Positions 19,221 through 24,074 of a stretch of 24,074 nt of DNA are shown in pieces. Source of the DNA: Candidatus Bipolaricaulia bacterium (GTDB lineage Bacteria > Bipolaricaulota > Bipolaricaulia > RBG-16-55-9); the NCBI GenBank assembly GCA_042219045.1, contig JBDGQO010000058.1, positions 1-24,074 of the forward strand. Direction: 5' to 3'. How positions within the stretch are numbered: position 1 is the stretch's first letter; each line of letters begins with the position of its first letter. The translations under genes were made by a program, and so were the position numbers. The notes under the pieces are model-generated. The model had not been told where the DNA came from and made no database searches. It saw nothing but the letters and a program-made list of their open reading frames with translations.

Positions 19221-20296
19221 CGCTGAATGATGAGCACCTCCACGTCGGAGCGCTTGGCGCCGTCGGGCGTCATGGCGCGCACGAAGGCGAAGTACGGGCC
19301 GTTCGGCGCGTCGCGTCCGTTGTTCGCGCGCAGATCCCAGACGAACTCTCGTCGGTCGGTGTCGAGGCTCGCTTCCAGAATCAACCGCCCCTCCAGGTTG
19401 TAGACGATCAGTTGAGCACTCGTCGTTCCGCTGGGCAATCGATAACCGAACGTGGCGTCGCCGCTGGCGGGGTTGGGAAAGACGATGAGCGTCGGGCGGG
19501 ATATGGGCTCTTCCTCGACGGTAATCTCGCGCTCTGCGGTGGCGGTGGCGCCGCCGTCATCCGTCACGGTCAACGTCACCGTGAACGTGCCGGTCTCCTT
19601 GTACGTGTGCGTCGGGTTCTGCTCGGTCGATGTCGCGCCGTCGCCGAAGTCCCATTCCCACTCCACGATTTCGCCGTCGGGATCCTCAGATCGATCGACA
19701 AACTCCGTGGGCTCGTTCGCCACGGGCGGATCCGGGTTGGTCTCGAAGTCCACGGTTGGCTTTTCGTTGCCCCCGACGATCGTGATCGTGCCCGGGCTCA
19801 CCTCGGTCGGAATCGATTCGAAGTCCGCATCGTGGAAGATGGAGAACGACGGGTTGATCTCTTGGGTGTCGCCGGGCGAGCCGACGGCACGGACGCGAAT
19901 CCGCATCAACGGGCCGCTGGTGAGCCCCTCGCCGTCGCACTTGGTGGCGGCGAACTGCAGCGTCCCGTTCTGGACGTTGAACGCAAAGACGGGACAGTTC
20001 TCGTTGAATCGAACCTCGACGATCTCGATGACGTTCGGGTCAAAGGGAATCTCGCCCTGGTAACTCACCACGCCGCCCGCGGGCGAGCCCGTCAGCTCCA
20101 CGGGCACGTTGCCCGCCTCGTCCGGGGCGAGCTCGACGCTGCCCACCTCGATCTGGGCGGGCTGGGTCTGTTGGCCTTGAGCAAGTCCGGAAACGGAGCC
20201 GAGGGCGACCCACACGCCGACGGCTGCCAGGCCAAGGAGCCACGTCCACGCTCGCGCGCCGTTTGCTCTGCGAGAAATCATCGATCCCACCCTCAT
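19217..20296 (-). CDS. secreted cohesin + PKD protein with T9SS type-A-like/FlgD-Ig C-terminal domain, copy 1
   Basis: signal peptide; cohesin-like SYQGEIPFDPNVIEIVEV; PKD WEWDFGDGATSTEQNPTHTY; CTD VFPNP..IVYNLEGRLI..WD..PNGPYF..VLIIQR; alternative start ATG 20281. Confidence 0.85.
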   Translation of the reverse strand: MRVGSMISRRANGARAWTWLLGLAAVGVWVALGSVSGLAQGQQTQPAQIEVGSVELAPDEAGNVPVELTGSPAGGVVSYQGEIPFDPNVIEIVEVRFNENCPVFAFNVQNGTLQFAATKCDGEGLTSGPLMRIRVRAVGSPGDTQEINPSFSIFHDADFESIPTEVSPGTITIVGGNEKPTVDFETNPDPPVANEPTEFVDRSEDPDGEIVEWEWDFGDGATSTEQNPTHTYKETGTFTVTLTVTDDGGATATAEREITVEEEPISRPTLIVFPNPASGDATFGYRLPSGTTSAQLIVYNLEGRLILEASLDTDRREFVWDLRANNGRDAPNGPYFAFVRAMTPDGAKRSDVEVLIIQR

Positions 20297-20304
20297 CGTT
20301 CGGT

Positions 20305-21204
20305 TCAGAACGTCCAGACGACGGCCAGCCGGTGCGTGCCCGGCAGCACCGAATGGCTCGCGAACGCATAGTCCACGCGGAACGAGGCGACGCCGACCCC
20401 GAAGCCGAACGTCAGCGACAGGGAACTGCCCTCAACGAACGTCCCCGCCCGCACGTCGAGTCCCGACAGCGGCGACGGCAAGTCCGTGACGCTGAACTCG
20501 CCCCCCAAGTGGAACGCAAGGGGAAAGCCCACGTCAAGCGCGATGGCCAACGCCGAGATCGGCCGCGCGCCGATGCCCGTCTTGATCGAAAATGGGCCCG
20601 TGCCGGGCGCGTTGCGCAGGCTCATCCCGGCCCGCATCTCGGCGAGGGGCAGGAAACCGGGCCGCTGGCTGCGCCAGAGGACCCCCAGATCAAGCCCGCC
20701 GCCGAAGCCGCCGCCGTTGCGGGTGCTGGCGATGTCGGCCGTCAGGCGGCTGCCGATCGCCAAGTTCTCTAACCCCAAGCCGAGGTCGCTCAGGGCCCAC
20801 CCGTTGGCGGCCGTGAGTGCCACGTCCGTGTAGCTGAACGTGCTCGTCGTCTCGTCGTTGGCGTTGCGGCCCTCGATGCCGCCCGTGCTGACGAGCCGCA
20901 GGCCGCCGCCGAAGTGCGGCAGCGCGCCCACGAGCGAAAACGCGTTGGCTGAGCCGAATTGGCGATTGTAGTGCACGTTGATCGCGCGGCTGTCGAAAAA
21001 CGCCAAGCCGGCCGGGTTGAACCGGGTCGCGGCCTCGTCGTCGGCGAGGCCGACGAATGCGCCGCCCATGCCGAGGGCGCGCACCTCCGTGAGCAGATCC
21101 GCCGCCGAGGCGGCCGCGGACGCGGAAAGGGCGCCCGTGGCCGTCAGCGCGACGGCCAGCCCCATCGCCAACCCGAGCGTTCGCCGAATCCTCTGAATCG
21201 TCAT
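20305..21204 (-). CDS. PorV/PorQ family outer-membrane protein, copy 2
   Basis: signal peptide; VRALGMGGAFVGLADDEAATRFNPAGL; VDYAF...THRLAVVWTF ending in Phe; ATG 21204 overlaps upstream TGA (ATGA). Confidence 0.85.
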   Translation of the reverse strand: MTIQRIRRTLGLAMGLAVALTATGALSASAAASAADLLTEVRALGMGGAFVGLADDEAATRFNPAGLAFFDSRAINVHYNRQFGSANAFSLVGALPHFGGGLRLVSTGGIEGRNANDETTSTFSYTDVALTAANGWALSDLGLGLENLAIGSRLTADIASTRNGGGFGGGLDLGVLWRSQRPGFLPLAEMRAGMSLRNAPGTGPFSIKTGIGARPISALAIALDVGFPLAFHLGGEFSVTDLPSPLSGLDVRAGTFVEGSSLSLTFGFGVGVASFRVDYAFASHSVLPGTHRLAVVWTF

Positions 21205-22223
21205 CGGGCGATCACCAGCTTGCCGACGTTGGAGATGGCGGAGCCCGACGGCAACGTCGCCGTGACGCGGTAATAGTAAATCCCTTCCGGCTGGTCCGTC
21301 AGGTTCCAATCGTATTCGGACTGATCGACGTTCAGCGACGTCTGGTGCGCCAGTCGGCCGTCCAAGGTGTAGACGTGGAGCGTCGCCGCGGACGTGCCGT
21401 CCGGCAGGTCGTAGACGAACGTCGTCTGTTCCGCGGCGGGATTGGGGAAGTTGCGCACGGGGAACGTGATCGTGCCGCCGCCGACGGGGACCTGCTTGGT
21501 GACGCTGTCCGTGTTGCCCCGGTCGTCCTCAACCGTCAACTTCACGGAGTACGTCCCGCCCGAGCTGTACGTGTGCGTCGGGTTCTGGTTGCTGCTGGTT
21601 GAGCCGTCGTCGAAGTCCCATTGCCAACTCTCGATCGTGCCGCCGCCGGAGCTCTGGTCGGTGAACTGGATCTGCTGGCCCACGTTGGGGCTGGTCGGCT
21701 CGAAGGAGAAGTCGGCTTTGAGCGCTTGGGTGGAGGTGACCTGGAAGGTCCCGTTCTGGATGCTATGGCTGATCGCGTTGCCGTCGGGGTCGTTCAGGGT
21801 GCGCAGCGACAGCTGCAGGTTCGTGCTGTCGCCCGGGTTGCCCGTGGCGCGCACGCGCAATTCCAAAAACCCGCCGTCGCTGATCTGCTTGCCGGAGACC
21901 TTGAAGCCGATAAAGCGCACTTCGCCGTTGTCGTTGTCGATGTTGAACGCCGCGATGCTGTAGTCGTTCAGGCCGTTGACCTCCACGACGTTCGCCACCG
22001 TCGGGTCGTACTGGATGGTGCCGTCGAAGTCGGACAGGCCGGCGTCCGGGCCGTTGCTGATGGAGACCTTGACGCTGGTGACCTGGCTCGCGACCACGCT
22101 GACGTCGCTGACCTTAACCGTGGCGCCGTTCTGGGCGCGCAGGGCGGGGCTGCCGAGCAGCCCGACCCCGACAAGCAACAAAATGCCTATGCGTGTGAGG
22201 ACGCGTTGATTTGTTTGGCTCAT
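21201..22223 (-). CDS. secreted cohesin + PKD protein with T9SS type-A-like C-terminal domain, copy 2
   Basis: signal peptide MSQTNQRVLTRIGILLLV; cohesin-like FDGTIQYDPTVANVVEV; PKD WQWDFDDGSTSSNQNPTHTY; CTD NFPNP..VYTLDGRL..QPEGIYYYRV..GKLVIAR. Confidence 0.87.
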   Translation of the reverse strand: MSQTNQRVLTRIGILLLVGVGLLGSPALRAQNGATVKVSDVSVVASQVTSVKVSISNGPDAGLSDFDGTIQYDPTVANVVEVNGLNDYSIAAFNIDNDNGEVRFIGFKVSGKQISDGGFLELRVRATGNPGDSTNLQLSLRTLNDPDGNAISHSIQNGTFQVTSTQALKADFSFEPTSPNVGQQIQFTDQSSGGGTIESWQWDFDDGSTSSNQNPTHTYSSGGTYSVKLTVEDDRGNTDSVTKQVPVGGGTITFPVRNFPNPAAEQTTFVYDLPDGTSAATLHVYTLDGRLAHQTSLNVDQSEYDWNLTDQPEGIYYYRVTATLPSGSAISNVGKLVIAR

Positions 22224-22236
22224 GCCAATCGCATTG

Positions 22237-22265
22237 ATGCTAGGCGGGTTTTCCCTTGGGACCAA
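22237..22265 (-). promoter_or_regulatory. putative sigma70 promoter of the cargo-PorV operon
   Basis: TTGGTC (22265-22260), 17 bp, TAGCAT (22242-22237); ATG 13 nt downstream with no SD. Confidence 0.45.
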
Positions 22266-22349
22266 GGACAGCCGTCCCGCGCTGAGCCCCCGAGGGTTAG
22301 CCGCGCGCGTGCCGCGCGCTGGCCGTCCTCTCCAAACACGAATAGCGGA

Positions 22350-23561
22350 TTAGCGGATGAGCGGCGGAACGGGCCAGCTCCAGTCCCGCCCGAGCTGCAT
22401 CGATCCCCCGTCGAAGCCGAGCCGGGCGAGCCACGATCCCTGGGCGCTCAGCTGCCAGGGGCGCTGGCTGAGCTTGCCGGAGAGATCCAGCATCCACGAC
22501 GAGCCAGTCCGGTTGAAGAACCCGCTCATCGACAGGGGGCCGAGGGACGCGTCGGCGTTCACGCGCGCGGAGCCGAGCCCCTCGGGATCGAGCACGAACG
22601 ATCCGTTCACCGACGTCGATGGCTGATCCGTGCGCCAGTTGACCGACGGGCTGACCGTCCAGCCATCCGAACGGAGCGTGATTTCGCCCGAGAGCTCGTT
22701 CGTCAGTCCCGGCTGCCAGGTCAGCTCGAGGTCGCTCTCCTGCCAGCCGCCGGGCTCAACGATCAGGCCCGTGGAGACGGCCCACGCCTCGTCGAGATCC
22801 CGTTGCCACGTGGCCGAGACGGCCTGCCAGCCATGGGCGTCTAGATCGACGCTGGCCCGAACGGGGTCGCATTGGGCGGTGAGCGTCGTGCTTCGCCATG
22901 AGCTCAAACCGTCGTCGAGCGAGTATCGATGGGTCGTGCGCAGGTTGGCGTCGTGCGGTAGCGGGACGTTCATCTCCAGCGCCAGCGGCGGGCTCTGCGA
23001 TCGGTTGATCCTTCCGCCGAACGACATGGATGTGAAATCCGGGGACCAGTCCAGGGTCGCGCGATTGAGTGTGGCCGTCGTCAGCGTCCCGGTGAGCTTG
23101 TGGAGGTTGATGCGGAGCTGGTTGCCGCGATATCGCCCCGTCAGCTCCCAGGTGAGCGGCGACGGCGGCGCGTTGAGCTTCAGTTGGGCCTGGCCCCAGC
23201 TCGGCCGCCAGCCGAGTGTCAGCCCGACCGTCGGGATGTCCTTCGGTCGCCAGTCCAGGCTCGCGCCGAATCGCCACTCGCGATGCTTGAGCGACTCGTG
23301 GAATCGAAACTCCAGGGAGTCGGTTTGCGCCAGGTCTTGGGACAGGCCGATGCCGAGTTCGCCGAGATCGCCTTCCAAGCGCGCGTCGATGGTCAGTTTG
23401 GGGGCTTGGGTCAAGTTCTGAAGATCGGCCGTGATGTCGGCTTGGACGATCAGCCGCCAGGGATCGTCGGATTCGTCGTCTTGGGCGTGGCCGAGGACGA
23501 CGCCGAAGACCAACCCGAGGGCCAGACACGTCCCGATGAGCGCCGCGTAACGAGGTTTCAT
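22350..23561 (-). CDS. hypothetical exported Trp-rich beta-strand protein (probable outer-membrane barrel)
   Basis: signal peptide MKPRYAALIG...GHA-QD; alternating hydrophobic strands, recurrent GW turns; 403 aa from ATG 23561. Confidence 0.7.
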   Translation of the reverse strand: MKPRYAALIGTCLALGLVFGVVLGHAQDDESDDPWRLIVQADITADLQNLTQAPKLTIDARLEGDLGELGIGLSQDLAQTDSLEFRFHESLKHREWRFGASLDWRPKDIPTVGLTLGWRPSWGQAQLKLNAPPSPLTWELTGRYRGNQLRINLHKLTGTLTTATLNRATLDWSPDFTSMSFGGRINRSQSPPLALEMNVPLPHDANLRTTHRYSLDDGLSSWRSTTLTAQCDPVRASVDLDAHGWQAVSATWQRDLDEAWAVSTGLIVEPGGWQESDLELTWQPGLTNELSGEITLRSDGWTVSPSVNWRTDQPSTSVNGSFVLDPEGLGSARVNADASLGPLSMSGFFNRTGSSWMLDLSGKLSQRPWQLSAQGSWLARLGFDGGSMQLGRDWSWPVPPLIR

Positions 23562-23646
23562 CAGCAATTCATCAGGATAGACAACAGGCCATGGCGGTGC
23601 GAGGCCTCGTGTCCCGTTCTCTCGACAGACGAAAGGGAGTCTTCAC

Positions 23647-23675
23647 TTGAACCCGAGCAACGCTTGGGGGATAAT
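23647..23675 (+). promoter_or_regulatory. putative sigma70 promoter
   Basis: TTGAAC (23647-23652), 17 bp, GATAAT (23670-23675), followed by AGGAG. Confidence 0.5.
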
Positions 23676-23706
23676 CTCGCAGGAGAGGAAGGAGAGCACC
23701 GTCGAG

Positions 23707-23898
23707 TTGTCCTACGAGCAGGTCCTGGAAGCCGCCAAGGGACTGCGTGAAGAGGAGAAGGAGCGCCTGCTCTTCGAGCTGAGCCCCGAACTGTCGCGAG
23801 CCTTGCAGCAGATGGAGCAAGCGTATGACCGAGATCGGACTGCTGATCGGACCGTCTCGTTAGACAATCGGGGAACTCGGCGCGACCTCGCCTCTTAG
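23707..23898 (+). CDS. small acidic helical protein, antitoxin-like; start uncertain, possibly pseudogene
   Basis: LSYEQVLEAAKGLREEEKERLL resembles small addiction-module proteins; frame open from 23647 but that TTG lies in the -35 box; no ATG after the SD. Confidence 0.45.
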   Translation: MSYEQVLEAAKGLREEEKERLLFELSPELSRALQQMEQAYDRDRTADRTVSLDNRGTRRDLAS

Positions 23899-24074
23899 AA
23901 CTGCTCTGAGGCTTTCTCGGTGAGCCAGGTGTTGATAAGTTCCTCGCAGGAGATCTGTTTCGATTGAGCGATTTTGCTCAGCTTCTGGGCAAGCGCGGCG
24001 TCAATCGCCACGAGGTGGGTGCGGCTTTGGAGGTCCACCTCAAAGTCAGCCTCCGGGAGTTCGTCCCAGTAATC
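23895..24074 (-). CDS. CopG/BrnA-type antitoxin, 3' part (truncated by window edge)
   Basis: manual translation DYWDELPEADFEVDLQSRTHLVAIDAALAQKLSKIAQSKQISCEELINTWLTEKASEQF*, with ribbon-helix-helix C-terminus typical of CopG antitoxins; missed by ORF track. Confidence 0.8.
   Translation of the reverse strand, partial: DYWDELPEADFEVDLQSRTHLVAIDAALAQKLSKIAQSKQISCEELINTWLTEKASEQF

Noticed and set aside
18201..21204. FadL fatty-acid transporter call for the two barrels
   Set aside because: They share the NPAGL motif but are only about 300-340 aa and are coupled to CTD-bearing genes, which fits PorV/UPF0164 better; not formally excluded

Overview
High-GC bacterial chromosomal window with visibly acidic (D/E-rich) proteins, which suggests a halophilic diderm (a Bipolaricaulota/Acetothermia-like organism is a guess, not proven). 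The left half is housekeeping: thrS-rplI-phosphodiester glycosidase, murJ, a Cys-rich hypothetical protein, an Fe-S operon (Rrf2/IscR-like regulator, Mrp/ApbC, SufT/DUF59), a tetraheme cytochrome c, dxr, ftsH and a SerA-like dehydrogenase. The right half (13886-23561) looks like a compact type IX secretion (T9SS)-like locus. It has a 1396-aa SprA-like outer-membrane protein with an inserted beta-propeller. Facing it are two tandem, translationally coupled pairs of [cohesin-PKD-T9SS-type C-terminal domain cargo] + [PorV-family barrel], and a Trp-rich barrel protein. No PorK/L/M/N or PorU genes are in the window. Also present are three different intergenic palindromic (REP-like) elements, several sigma70 promoters (some implying leaderless or near-leaderless mRNAs), a structured thrS leader, and antitoxin-like genes at the right edge. 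No CRISPR, tRNA, rRNA or transposase was seen. All family calls come from motif recognition by eye, not database searches.
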